Virus record (IMG/VR): IMGVR_UViG_3300031949_000350
Location: 15,470-79,469 of that record
Source: a virus
Reading direction: 5' to 3' (one strand)
DNA length: 64,000 nucleotides
Shown piece after piece: positions 1 through 8,860 of the stretch. The notes below the pieces were generated by a model. It was not told where the DNA came from. It saw nothing but the letters and a program-made list of their open reading frames with translations, and did no database searches. How positions within the stretch are numbered: the first letter of the stretch is position 1; each line of letters starts with the position of its first letter. A program made the translations under genes and the position numbers.

Positions 1-2
1 AC

Positions 3-209
3 GTGCCTCACCCTGAAAGAGCTGCGAAGAATCCAAATTTCTATCGAGGCAAGGTTATCCCTCGGCTACTTCAGACAGTGTTCTACGATCTGGTTCGTGA
101 GGAGAGTTGGAACTTTGTGAAGGGACACAAGAATCCAACGATCAACTTCAAGAAGCTTCAGCAGTACACGGTGTACTGGGTGAAGAAGCATCTACCGGAG
201 GTATTCTAA
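3..209 (+). CDS. C-terminal fragment of a probable ATP-dependent RNA ligase family protein (5' truncated by the window)
   Basis: IPRLLQTVFYDLVREESW..KNPTINFKKLQ resembles, from memory, the C-terminus of phage/bacterial Rnl2-like RNA ligase family proteins; lies close to rtcB. Confidence 0.5.
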   Translation: MPHPERAAKNPNFYRGKVIPRLLQTVFYDLVREESWNFVKGHKNPTINFKKLQQYTVYWVKKHLPEVF

Positions 210-210
210 C

Positions 211-633
211 ATGGACGGGTTTACGGTCAATCTGAACAAGCTCATTAGCAAGCCTTCTGCCGACCCCGAGAAGTGCGTCGGTAAGGAGATCTCTAGTCTG
301 GTTATCTCTGACAGCCTGATGCGCATCCGGTTCACGGATGGCTACTTCCTCGATCTTTGGGACGGCGGTCAGTCCTGCTGTGAGTCCCGTTACATGAGCA
401 CCGACGACAATCTCGATGACTTCGTAGGTGCTACGTTCAGTGGCGCTCGTATCGAAGATGCAGAGAGTGAAGGCGATGAAAGCTACGGCGAGCATGAGGT
501 GCAGTTCCTCCTCATCGATACGTCCAAGGGGACGTTCACCATTGCCAATCACAATGAGCACAATGGCTACTACGGCGGCTTCTCGCTGACGTGCAAGATG
601 GGAGGGACTCGTGAGCTACGCACGCAAGATTAA
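211..633 (+). CDS. Conserved phage protein (DUF7448-like)
   Basis: QSCCESRY and NHNEHNGYYGG motifs. Confidence 0.6.
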   Translation: MDGFTVNLNKLISKPSADPEKCVGKEISSLVISDSLMRIRFTDGYFLDLWDGGQSCCESRYMSTDDNLDDFVGATFSGARIEDAESEGDESYGEHEVQFLLIDTSKGTFTIANHNEHNGYYGGFSLTCKMGGTRELRTQD

Positions 634-874
634 CGCAGACTGGCAAGTTGAAGATTGGTACGTCGGTAAGTCCCTACCGCAGCGTACTGAGATTGATCTG
701 GATAACTTCGCCGATGACATGACTGAGGAAGACATCGAGGAAGAAGTGCTCAATCAGATTCAGAACGACTTCGTTGATCGGATCACTTGGGGCTGCTCTA
801 ATCTGGATGATGTAATCGCAGCGGTAAGTGCTGAACTAGACCGCCGCGCAGGAGAGAACGATGGGGACGAGTAA
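611..874 (+). CDS. Acidic hypothetical protein
   Basis: ORF with SD (ggaggga) overlapping both neighbours. Confidence 0.6.
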   Translation: MSYARKINADWQVEDWYVGKSLPQRTEIDLDNFADDMTEEDIEEEVLNQIQNDFVDRITWGCSNLDDVIAAVSAELDRRAGENDGDE

Positions 875-2057
875 TCACATTGATCTGTTCGGGGGCAGTG
901 TCAAGTCTTGGACGAAGGGCGTCCCGCTTGATCAGGTGACGATTGGGCAGGTGCTCGATACGTCTAAGCTTCCGTTCATCTTCAAGCACGTTGCCCTCAT
1001 GCCCGATGCCCACCTTGGGATCGGTGCCACGGTTGGGTCCGTGGTGCCGACCAAGGGGGCGATCATCCCGGCTGCTGTTGGGGTGGACATTGGTTGCGGG
1101 ATGGCCGCAGTCCAGCTTGACATGAACGCCGCTCAGTTGCCTGACAGCCTTGCAAAGCTCCGTCAGGCGATTGAGCGGCTCATCCCGGTCGGTCAGGGTA
1201 AGCATGAACATGTAGCTCCGGCTATGGCTAACGCCTGGGAGCAGCATCTCCTCAGCCGCTACAAGCGGATCGAGGATCTCATGGGCAAGAAGCTGGAGAG
1301 GGCTGATCCGGTTCGGCAGCTTGCTACTCTCGGCGGAGGAAACCACTTCATCGAGATCTGCGTTGATGAGAGCGATAACGTGTGGCTTGTCCTTCACAGT
1401 GGATCGCGTGGTATCGGCAACAAGATCGGCACGCACTTCATTGAGATCGCGAAGAAAGACATGCGGAAATGGATGATCAATCTCCCTGACAAGGACCTGT
1501 CCTACTTCCCTGAGGGGACTGATCATTACGATAGCTACATGTTTGCTGTCAGGTGGGCGCAGGAGTATGCTGCAATCAACCGTGAGCTAATGATGAACTC
1601 GCTGGTCGTGATGCTTCAGTCTAAGTACGGACCGCACTTCCAGCCTATCAAGGAGGTGATCAGTTGTCATCACAACTACGTCGATAGGGAGAACCACTTT
1701 GGGGAGAATGTATGGGTCACTCGAAAGGGTGCTGTTCGTGCTCGTGAAGGCGACCTCGGTATCATTCCCGGGTCGATGGGGACGAAGAGTTACATTGTTC
1801 GAGGTCGCGGTAACCCTCTCAGCTTCAATAGTTGCTCTCATGGCGCTGGACGTGTTCTAAGTCGTGGCAAGGCCAAGGCTACGTTCACCGTCGAGGATCA
1901 TATCAAGGCGACCGAGGGTGTTGAGTGCCGAAAGGATGCTGGCGTACTTGACGAGACACCTGGGGCTTACAAGGACATTGACGCTGTAATGGCCGCACAG
2001 ACGGACCTTGTTGAGATTGTTCATACGTTGCGTCAGGTTGTCTGTGTTAAAGGCTGA
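861..2057 (+). CDS. rtcB: RtcB RNA 3'-phosphate/5'-OH ligase
   Basis: MPDAHLG, VGVDIGCGM, LGGGNHFIE, HSGSRG, HHNY, TRKGA, IPGSMG, SHGAGR, DETPGAYK. Confidence 0.97.
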   Translation: MGTSNHIDLFGGSVKSWTKGVPLDQVTIGQVLDTSKLPFIFKHVALMPDAHLGIGATVGSVVPTKGAIIPAAVGVDIGCGMAAVQLDMNAAQLPDSLAKLRQAIERLIPVGQGKHEHVAPAMANAWEQHLLSRYKRIEDLMGKKLERADPVRQLATLGGGNHFIEICVDESDNVWLVLHSGSRGIGNKIGTHFIEIAKKDMRKWMINLPDKDLSYFPEGTDHYDSYMFAVRWAQEYAAINRELMMNSLVVMLQSKYGPHFQPIKEVISCHHNYVDRENHFGENVWVTRKGAVRAREGDLGIIPGSMGTKSYIVRGRGNPLSFNSCSHGAGRVLSRGKAKATFTVEDHIKATEGVECRKDAGVLDETPGAYKDIDAVMAAQTDLVEIVHTLRQVVCVKG

Positions 2058-2436
2058 TTGCCACGGCACCCGCAAGCATTACGCTAAGGGTATGTGCAGG
2101 CCATGCTGGAGCGTTCAATATAACGCTCAGCCTCATGAACGGAAAAAGAGGAAGGTGTACAATAAGAAGTACCATGCAGCCAGAAAGAAGCGAATAGGCA
2201 AGATAGGGATTAGAAACCAATCACTTAAGCATAGGTACGGTATTACTGTTGCTGAATTTAATCGAATGCTGAAGAAACAAAGAGGGAAATGTGCGCTGTG
2301 CGATAGGCCGGCAAAGGTTGTCGATCATAACCATAGTACGAAGAAAATCCGAGGGCTTCTGTGCTACGGATGCAACTTCGCACTCAGTAGAGTGGAAGAA
2401 GTTGGATGGGTGGGAAGGGCTAAGAAATATGCCTAA
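2044..2436 (+). CDS. Endonuclease VII-family (putative homing) endonuclease
   Basis: YGIT..F..ML..Q.GKCALC, VDHNH, IRGLLCYGCN; AT-rich insert; start codon uncertain. Confidence 0.85.
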   Translation: MLKADCHGTRKHYAKGMCRPCWSVQYNAQPHERKKRKVYNKKYHAARKKRIGKIGIRNQSLKHRYGITVAEFNRMLKKQRGKCALCDRPAKVVDHNHSTKKIRGLLCYGCNFALSRVEEVGWVGRAKKYA

Positions 2437-3343
2437 GTCATACGCGCAGAAGGCGATTCTAGATTGGCTTCACCGGTCTATCGGCGTCAATGCGATGCCG
2501 AACCCGCATGAAGTCAACTCAATCTGTCCCGTCTGCGGTAGTGACGTGTTCTTCTTCAACATCAGGAAGAAGATTGGGATCTGTCATAAGGCAAGCTGTA
2601 ACTATCGCCCGAATCTTGAGATGCTTATCGAGGTGATCGGGTTCGCCCCTGACGAATCAGGCGATTGGGAGTCCCTGGAAGAAACGCCCCCTCCTGAGGT
2701 CGTGCTCCAGGGGCTCCCGATCCTGAGGATGGAAGACGGTAAGCTCTTGACTTCCAATCAGGAAGCGCTAGACTATCTGCGTGGCCGAGGCATTCAGGAC
2801 CAGATCACGCTGAACTGGGGGATGACATGCGACGGAAACCGAATCTATCTGCCGATCAAGCACGAAGGCAAGCTCGTGAACTTCAATTCGAGGATCTTGC
2901 CTTTCCGCGAGGGAAAGAAGTATCTATATTCCAAAGGCGCACGGACGAGTCACTACATACTTGGCTGGGAAGAATGCCGAGACTGGAAGACAATGGTACT
3001 TGTGGAGAACTCCTACGTCTCGCTAGCATATCGCCACTTGATGTATTGTTCTACCTCTTTTGGCTCCAACATCTCGGATGTTCAAGCGGACATGATCGGC
3101 CGGAGCAAGGTGCAGACGGTAGCGATTCTGTGGGACGAGAAGGCGGAGAAGAACGCGCATCGTGCTATAAAGAAGTTGCATGCGAACGGTGTGGAATCCG
3201 CGTACTGGTCTATCAAGGGACAGCCGGATAACTATCCGACTGAGTGGGTGGTGAAGCAGGCTCAGCGAGTGTTTGAGGCTGCGAAAGTTGGAATAAACTG
3301 TGTGGATCTGAAGGAGGAATGCGATGCCTGTTTACGATTATGA
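2429..3343 (+). CDS. DNA primase (Zn finger + Toprim)
   Basis: CPVC..CHKASC zinc finger, YLRGRGI, KKYLYS, LVENSY, ILWDEKA Toprim-like. Confidence 0.8.
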   Translation: MPKSYAQKAILDWLHRSIGVNAMPNPHEVNSICPVCGSDVFFFNIRKKIGICHKASCNYRPNLEMLIEVIGFAPDESGDWESLEETPPPEVVLQGLPILRMEDGKLLTSNQEALDYLRGRGIQDQITLNWGMTCDGNRIYLPIKHEGKLVNFNSRILPFREGKKYLYSKGARTSHYILGWEECRDWKTMVLVENSYVSLAYRHLMYCSTSFGSNISDVQADMIGRSKVQTVAILWDEKAEKNAHRAIKKLHANGVESAYWSIKGQPDNYPTEWVVKQAQRVFEAAKVGINCVDLKEECDACLRL

Positions 3344-3518
3344 ACATGTGGGGTGTGTTCGGCCTGAGTGCAAGGAGCCTACGGTGTTTGAGGTAACTCA
3401 GCCCATCAAGGATGAGGCTCTGACTCACTACCCTACTTGCAACAGCCTGGTGAGGCGGCTCATCTCCAGAACTTCGTTCACATGGAAGAATGGCGCGCCT
3501 ACACCTCGTCATTATTAG
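3324..3518 (+). CDS. FmdB-family zinc-ribbon protein
   Basis: MPVYDY..C..FEVTQPIKDEALT..C..VRRLIS; strong SD aaggagg. Confidence 0.75.
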   Translation: MPVYDYEHVGCVRPECKEPTVFEVTQPIKDEALTHYPTCNSLVRRLISRTSFTWKNGAPTPRHY

Positions 3519-3520
3519 AG

Positions 3521-3715
3521 ATGCACATAGTATGCTGCCGTTGCTTTAGAAGATTCCTAAGCTTTAGCAAAGACCCGATATATTGTCCTGGGCCGGCAAA
3601 ACAGCATCGTGGAAAGAACGGAGAAGAAGACTGCGGTAAAGCGGACTGTAAATCATGTTATGAATGTAGGCACGTCATCTGTGCTACTTGCATAGAAGTA
3701 TATGGAGAATTCTAA
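3521..3715 (+). CDS. Small Cys-rich hypothetical protein
   Basis: ATG at 3521, many CxxC motifs, fills the gap before the polymerase. Confidence 0.45.
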   Translation: MHIVCCRCFRRFLSFSKDPIYCPGPAKQHRGKNGEEDCGKADCKSCYECRHVICATCIEVYGEF

Positions 3716-6336
3716 TGGGTCAGTGTAACGGCAGTACGAATCCCCTTTGCCCGTTGGGTACGATGGGGTGCAATTATGTGGAGTTGCCGGGGAACTCCGC
3801 TGAGAACGTACTGCGCTCTCAGGCTGCAAGGAAAAAGGATTGCATCGATCTCCCGCCGCTGGCCCCCGGTCAGTATGATCTGATGATCATTGGCGGTAGT
3901 CCGTCGATGGACGACGATAATCGTGGCATTGTCTTCCAAGATAACGCTGGCGGTCTGATCCTCGACTTCCTTCAGAAAGCTGGTGCGGACCTGAACCGTA
4001 CCTACATGACCCACATCACGAAGTGCCGGCCGAGGGCGAACCGAAAGCCTACCGTGCAGGAGATCAACATCTGCCGGGACGAGTATCTACAGAAGGAGAT
4101 CGAGCTTATCCAGCCCAAAGTAGTAATGGTTGTTGGCGCTGTCGCCATTAGAGCGTTCAATCTGGGAGGAAACGGCGGCCTCAACACTATCCACGGCAGG
4201 GTGTTCGAGGAGAAGTTTGCTGGGTGGGAGGAGAGCCCTGAGTTCAAGGTGATCCCTACGATCAACCCGGCGGTCTTCTTCTTCAAGCCCAACGATAAGC
4301 TCAAGGCGCGCATCTGCAATGATTACCGGATCGCAGTTGATGTAGTCAAAGGCAACGAGGCTACCGAGCACTTCATTCCCAAGGGCTGGCATCTGATCGA
4401 CACGGAAGAGAAGCTGGATTGGCTGGCAGAGCAGATCGAAACTGTCGGCTATGTGGCGTGGGACACGGAGTCAGCTCACCTTGGGTTCCGCAAGGCTCCG
4501 CTACTGTGCTTCAGCTTCTCGTGGGGCTGGGACGGTCACGAGTGCGCGGTGCTCCCTATTCTTCAGCACGACCCGAACGCTCCCGAGGAGAAGACCTATC
4601 ACACGCAATCGGCTTTCGGGGCGCTGAACGAGGAAGCCGTCAAGCGGTTCCTGACTCGCGTGTTCACCAATCCGACGACGGCCAAGGCAGCGCATAACTA
4701 CAAGTACGACTACAATGTCCTGCGCTACAACTACGGCATCCAGTGTGCTGGCACGCTCTACGACACGATGGTGCTGGCACATCTGCTGGACGAGAATCAG
4801 TCGGTCGGTCTGGACTTCTGTGTTGATATTGAGTACGGCTGGGGTGACTATTCGGCTGCTGTACGGGCGATCACAGGGCACGGCAAGAAGCTCCGCGAGA
4901 CTTACGACAAGGTGCCCAACGAAACCCTATGGCCTTACGCCGCAACCGACGCGCTGGGCACATCAAGACTGCTGCGTACCTACGTCGAACGGCTGAGATG
5001 CAAGTCCAATCTTTACAAGTTCTATCATGAGGAGACTGAGCCGCTGATTCGTCCGCTGGCGAAGGCTGAGTTCAAGGGCGCGCTGCTCGACCTCCCCGTG
5101 CTCAATGCGCTCAAGACCGAATACGAGGCGGATCAGCTTCAACTTATCACGGATCTACGCTCCAAGACGTGGCCCGACTTCAATCCGATGAGCAATGATC
5201 AGGTGCTCAAAGCATTCCTCAACATTGGTGTCCCCTCAGTTGATCTGGAAGATGACTCGAACGCGAGCGGGTACAGCACCAACAAGAACACTCTGAACAC
5301 ACTGATCGAAAAGAGGGTCGAGCCGGCGGCCAGTCTCGCCTCGTGGATCATGTCCTATCGAAACAGACAGAAGCTCATCAGCACCTATTTGGTCAATGCG
5401 CTCAACGACATGGACGATGACGGGCGAGTGCGCTATACTTGGTTCCAAGCGGGACCGGTGACGGGGAGGCTGTCGTGCCGATTCTTCCATCAGATCCCCA
5501 AGATCGAAGAGGATCGCTTTCTGAACAATAAGCCGGTGATGCGCGGAATGCTCGTGGTCCCACCGGGGTATAAGTACATCTATGGCGACTTCAGTCAGGT
5601 TGAGCTTTGGATTCTGGCAATTCTGGCGAAGGACGAGGAGATGTACAACATTCTGAGCGGTGGCGGTGACCTTCACCGTGTCACGGCGTTCGAGTTCCTT
5701 CGCAGCGCGTGGCCCGGGCTAACTGAGGCATTGATCAGCAAGAAGAACCGTACCGAAGTAGGTAAGCGAATCAACTTCGGCCTCGCCTACGGCTCCGAGG
5801 GCTTCTCGCTGGTGAATAGTGGTAAGTGGTTCGACGCAAACAACGTGGAGCGTAACTTTACTTGGGAGATGCTCAATCAGGGTATGGCCCGCTGGAAGAA
5901 GCGCTTCAAGGGGGTCGGTGAGTTCATCGAGTTCACTCCTGATCTCGTCCGTGGTAAGGGCTGTGTGGCGACCAACGTATTCGGCCGCGAGCGACGGTAC
6001 GGCCCGGTACTCAACTCCTACAAGGATGGGGAGCGGAAGGCGGCCGAGCGGGAGTGCATCAACTTCTTCATTCAATCTGTAGCGTCCTGTCTGACTAACC
6101 GAACGATCATCGAGATGGACAAGATGCTGACACAGTACGAGGTGCCTGAGGGCGTGGTGTGTCTGATCAACACGGTCCACGACTCGATTGCCTATGAAGT
6201 TCGAGACTCCCATGTGGAGTGGTTCATTGAGGCGCTGAAACAGATCTCTGCGCGCCCCATCTACGAGCTTGACAACAACTGCTTCAAGTTCGACATCGGT
6301 ATCGGACAAAGCTGGGCTGAGGCGGAAGGCGTATGA
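3715..6336 (+). CDS. Family A DNA polymerase with N-terminal UDG family-4-like domain and 3'-5' exonuclease
   Basis: UDG-like TKCRP..NRKPT..EINIC; exonuclease WDTE, HNYKYD, YAATDA; polymerase TGRLS, DFSQVEL, KRINFGLAYG, VHDS. Confidence 0.93.
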   Translation: MGQCNGSTNPLCPLGTMGCNYVELPGNSAENVLRSQAARKKDCIDLPPLAPGQYDLMIIGGSPSMDDDNRGIVFQDNAGGLILDFLQKAGADLNRTYMTHITKCRPRANRKPTVQEINICRDEYLQKEIELIQPKVVMVVGAVAIRAFNLGGNGGLNTIHGRVFEEKFAGWEESPEFKVIPTINPAVFFFKPNDKLKARICNDYRIAVDVVKGNEATEHFIPKGWHLIDTEEKLDWLAEQIETVGYVAWDTESAHLGFRKAPLLCFSFSWGWDGHECAVLPILQHDPNAPEEKTYHTQSAFGALNEEAVKRFLTRVFTNPTTAKAAHNYKYDYNVLRYNYGIQCAGTLYDTMVLAHLLDENQSVGLDFCVDIEYGWGDYSAAVRAITGHGKKLRETYDKVPNETLWPYAATDALGTSRLLRTYVERLRCKSNLYKFYHEETEPLIRPLAKAEFKGALLDLPVLNALKTEYEADQLQLITDLRSKTWPDFNPMSNDQVLKAFLNIGVPSVDLEDDSNASGYSTNKNTLNTLIEKRVEPAASLASWIMSYRNRQKLISTYLVNALNDMDDDGRVRYTWFQAGPVTGRLSCRFFHQIPKIEEDRFLNNKPVMRGMLVVPPGYKYIYGDFSQVELWILAILAKDEEMYNILSGGGDLHRVTAFEFLRSAWPGLTEALISKKNRTEVGKRINFGLAYGSEGFSLVNSGKWFDANNVERNFTWEMLNQGMARWKKRFKGVGEFIEFTPDLVRGKGCVATNVFGRERRYGPVLNSYKDGERKAAERECINFFIQSVASCLTNRTIIEMDKMLTQYEVPEGVVCLINTVHDSIAYEVRDSHVEWFIEALKQISARPIYELDNNCFKFDIGIGQSWAEAEGV

Positions 6337-6474
6337 CGTTCCAATGGCGAGGGTTCTATTTCAGGGCTTGGTGCCCTCCGTCTAAGGGAATCGAAATTAC
6401 TTTTCAGTGGACACCCCCATATAAGGGGCCAATTCACAAGACATCAGTGAAATTCATAGAAATGAGGGACAAAC

Positions 6475-6894
6475 ATGAGTGATTGTACTGGAGGTTGTGA
6501 ATGTTGTGGGAATGATTATTTTAGTAACTTCGGCATGGTAAGAGAGTTCCACCGCAAGTATAAGGTGCCGGTCGGCAAGCTTGGACATAAGCTCACGGCT
6601 GTGCGACAGATGCTTCGGGTGCGACTGATGACCGAGGAGCTTGCTGAAGTAATCAAAGCCATGCAGACTGGCGATTACGAGAATTTTGCGAAGGAGCTTG
6701 CCGATCTACTCTATGTAGTCTATGGCGCAGCGGACGAGGCAGGCATCCCTATCGATAGTGTATTCGCTGAGGTTCATCGATCAAACATGACGAAGACGTC
6801 TGCGAAGGACGTAGGCGGAAAGGTCCAGAAGGGGCCGGAGTATGAGCCGCCCGACATTGAGGCGGCATTGACTGGGAGGGAGTCCAATGGCTGA
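6475..6894 (+). CDS. MazG-like nucleotide pyrophosphohydrolase
   Basis: EELAE..KELADLLYVVYG..VHRSNMTK..GKVQKGPEY. Confidence 0.88.
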   Translation: MSDCTGGCECCGNDYFSNFGMVREFHRKYKVPVGKLGHKLTAVRQMLRVRLMTEELAEVIKAMQTGDYENFAKELADLLYVVYGAADEAGIPIDSVFAEVHRSNMTKTSAKDVGGKVQKGPEYEPPDIEAALTGRESNG

Positions 6895-6954
6895 AACAAT
6901 GGTGTTCGCGCTAGTAGTTATGGCGTTCGCAATGGGCTTTCTATTTGGGAGGGT

Positions 6955-7422
6955 ATGATAATGGAGTTCATGTACGTTGAGCGGCTTCGGCCGACCACGG
7001 ATGGCCAGTGGGGATGGGTGGCCGAGCTTGAGCAGTTCGATGTGGAGACTGACTTCCATATCAATGAGTCTCAGATCGAGCGGGAGATCTGTCGCACGGG
7101 TCAGCTTATGGCGCGCTATGGCACTGTGGCCGGCGAGCAGGAGGCGAACCTGAAGCGAAAGGAGGAGCATGTCAAATATGTGGCGGCTCAGCTTTCCGCA
7201 GCTATCCGCTCGACGGCAGAGAAGGCCGGGGCGAAGACGACCGAGGGTAAGATCACCGAGGAGCTTACAGTTCACCCTGACTATCAGGCGGCGCTGTCCG
7301 GGCTTCACATCCTGCGCGCCGATGCGACGAAGGCTGATCATTGGTGGCGCGCAATCCTCAAGCGCGCCGATCTCCTCAACTCCCTGTCCTACCGGCAGGG
7401 TGCGGAATTCAAGCGGACGTAA
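6955..7422 (+). CDS. UvsY-like recombination mediator (putative)
   Basis: Helical protein with KTTEGKI..HPDYQ pattern, directly upstream of SSB and RecA. Confidence 0.55.
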   Translation: MIMEFMYVERLRPTTDGQWGWVAELEQFDVETDFHINESQIEREICRTGQLMARYGTVAGEQEANLKRKEEHVKYVAAQLSAAIRSTAEKAGAKTTEGKITEELTVHPDYQAALSGLHILRADATKADHWWRAILKRADLLNSLSYRQGAEFKRT

Positions 7423-7450
7423 CATTTGCGGAAACGGTATTATCTAATAG
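7415..7450 (+). promoter_or_regulatory. Conserved phage promoter motif upstream of SSB
   Basis: GGAC(7415)...GAAACGGTATTATCTAATAG; one of five copies. Confidence 0.75.
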
Positions 7451-7495
7451 GAGCAAAGTGGCTGATTAGCCGAAAGCTCAACCAAAGGAGAAAAG

Positions 7496-8458
7496 ATGAA
7501 ATACTACAATCGAGACGAAGCCGCCGTTGCGGCTGAGCAGGCGCAGATCGAGCGCCGCGCCGCCGAGTATGGGGTTCAGGTGCCCATGCTCTATCTGTAC
7601 CCCGGGACGACCGTTGTCCGCATTCTGCCTCCGTTCAGCGAGGCCGGGATGTTCTTCAGTCGTGTTCGTAAGCACCGCGTCGCCCGTGGTAAGGGTGCTG
7701 ACGTTTTCGCCTGCCCGCAGGCGATGAACGACACGTTCTGTGCTGTCTGCGCCAAGGCTAAGGAGCTTGTTGACTCCAAGGACCCGGTGAAGATGGACTA
7801 CGTTCGTGATAACCTCCGGGCTCGTGAGTACTCGCTGTACAATGTGCTTGTTATCTCTGGCCCTGCCAACAATAAGGGTGAGGTCCCTGCTTTCGGTACT
7901 GTCTATGTCCTTGAGGCTCCTGTCACTGCCCACCGGCAGATCATCAGTCTCGATCAGGACACGGCTACCGGCTGGGCTGACGTTACCAACCCTGAGAAGG
8001 GCGTCAACCTCGTGATCAAGCGGTCGGGTGTGAAGTTCGACACGAAGTACGAGGTTCACCCTCACGGTGCTGGTAGGTCCAATCTGTGGAACGACCTCAC
8101 GGGTCGTGGTATCGACCCTAACGCGCTGACGCTCCACGACCTCAATGCTGTCTATTCAGTGCCTAGCGAAGACTTTGTTAACGACATTGCCTCTAACATT
8201 CCTAGCAACTTTGGTGGCCCTGTGGCGCAGCCCGGTCCCTCGACTTGGACTCCGCCGCAACCTTTGGCCACCACCGCCCCGCAGGCTCCTGCTCCTACTC
8301 AGCAGGCCGCACCGCCGCCTCTCCGCGTCTTTGCACCGCCTTCGGGGTTCCCGCCTGCCTCGTCAGCGACTCCGTTGCCTCCGCAGCCGGTCACTCAGAA
8401 CGGCCCGCCCCAGCCGCAGCCTAGCGGCCCGTTCCTCCCGCCCCCGCCTAAGGCTTAG
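7496..8458 (+). CDS. gp32-like single-stranded DNA-binding protein
   Basis: VRILPP, CP..CAVC zinc site, G.NLVIKRSG..TKYEV; strong SD; Pro-rich tail. Confidence 0.8.
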   Translation: MKYYNRDEAAVAAEQAQIERRAAEYGVQVPMLYLYPGTTVVRILPPFSEAGMFFSRVRKHRVARGKGADVFACPQAMNDTFCAVCAKAKELVDSKDPVKMDYVRDNLRAREYSLYNVLVISGPANNKGEVPAFGTVYVLEAPVTAHRQIISLDQDTATGWADVTNPEKGVNLVIKRSGVKFDTKYEVHPHGAGRSNLWNDLTGRGIDPNALTLHDLNAVYSVPSEDFVNDIASNIPSNFGGPVAQPGPSTWTPPQPLATTAPQAPAPTQQAAPPPLRVFAPPSGFPPASSATPLPPQPVTQNGPPQPQPSGPFLPPPPKA

Positions 8459-8461
8459 TGA

Positions 8462-8860
8462 ATGGCGCACGAGAGCAAGAGTAAGCTAACTGAGGAACAG
8501 TGGGCAAAAGTCTGTGCCTACTATCAGGAAGGGCACACTTTAATTGAGTGTGAAACGATGACTGGCGTAACCCGCCAGTCCATCTCCCGTCAGTTGAAGC
8601 TTCGCGGAGTTCAAGTCCGCGCTCAATGGGAGCCTTCCCGACCCGAGAAAGCTGCTCGCGTGCGATCTCCCTCAGTCAAGGCGAAGTATGTTACCCCTCA
8701 GGAGCCTCTTGGAAGCCAGGAGGAGATCACTCCTGAGGGGTGCATAACCCCACCGAAGCGAAAGATCATTTCGCTGGCTGGTAACGGTGGAGAAGGCAGA
8801 ATGTTGTACGAGAAGAATGTAACTGGAGGTTATGATGGCTATCGACCCCGAAATCGCTGA
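8462..8860 (+). CDS. HTH DNA-binding protein
   Basis: YQEGHTLIEC..TGVTRQSISRQLK helix-turn-helix pattern. Confidence 0.6.
   Translation: MAHESKSKLTEEQWAKVCAYYQEGHTLIECETMTGVTRQSISRQLKLRGVQVRAQWEPSRPEKAARVRSPSVKAKYVTPQEPLGSQEEITPEGCITPPKRKIISLAGNGGEGRMLYEKNVTGGYDGYRPRNR

Noticed and set aside
3-30. PHPER resembles the PurQ/FGAM synthase catalytic motif
   Set aside because: The following sequence does not fit PurQ and better resembles an RNA ligase C-terminus; the ORF is truncated by the window
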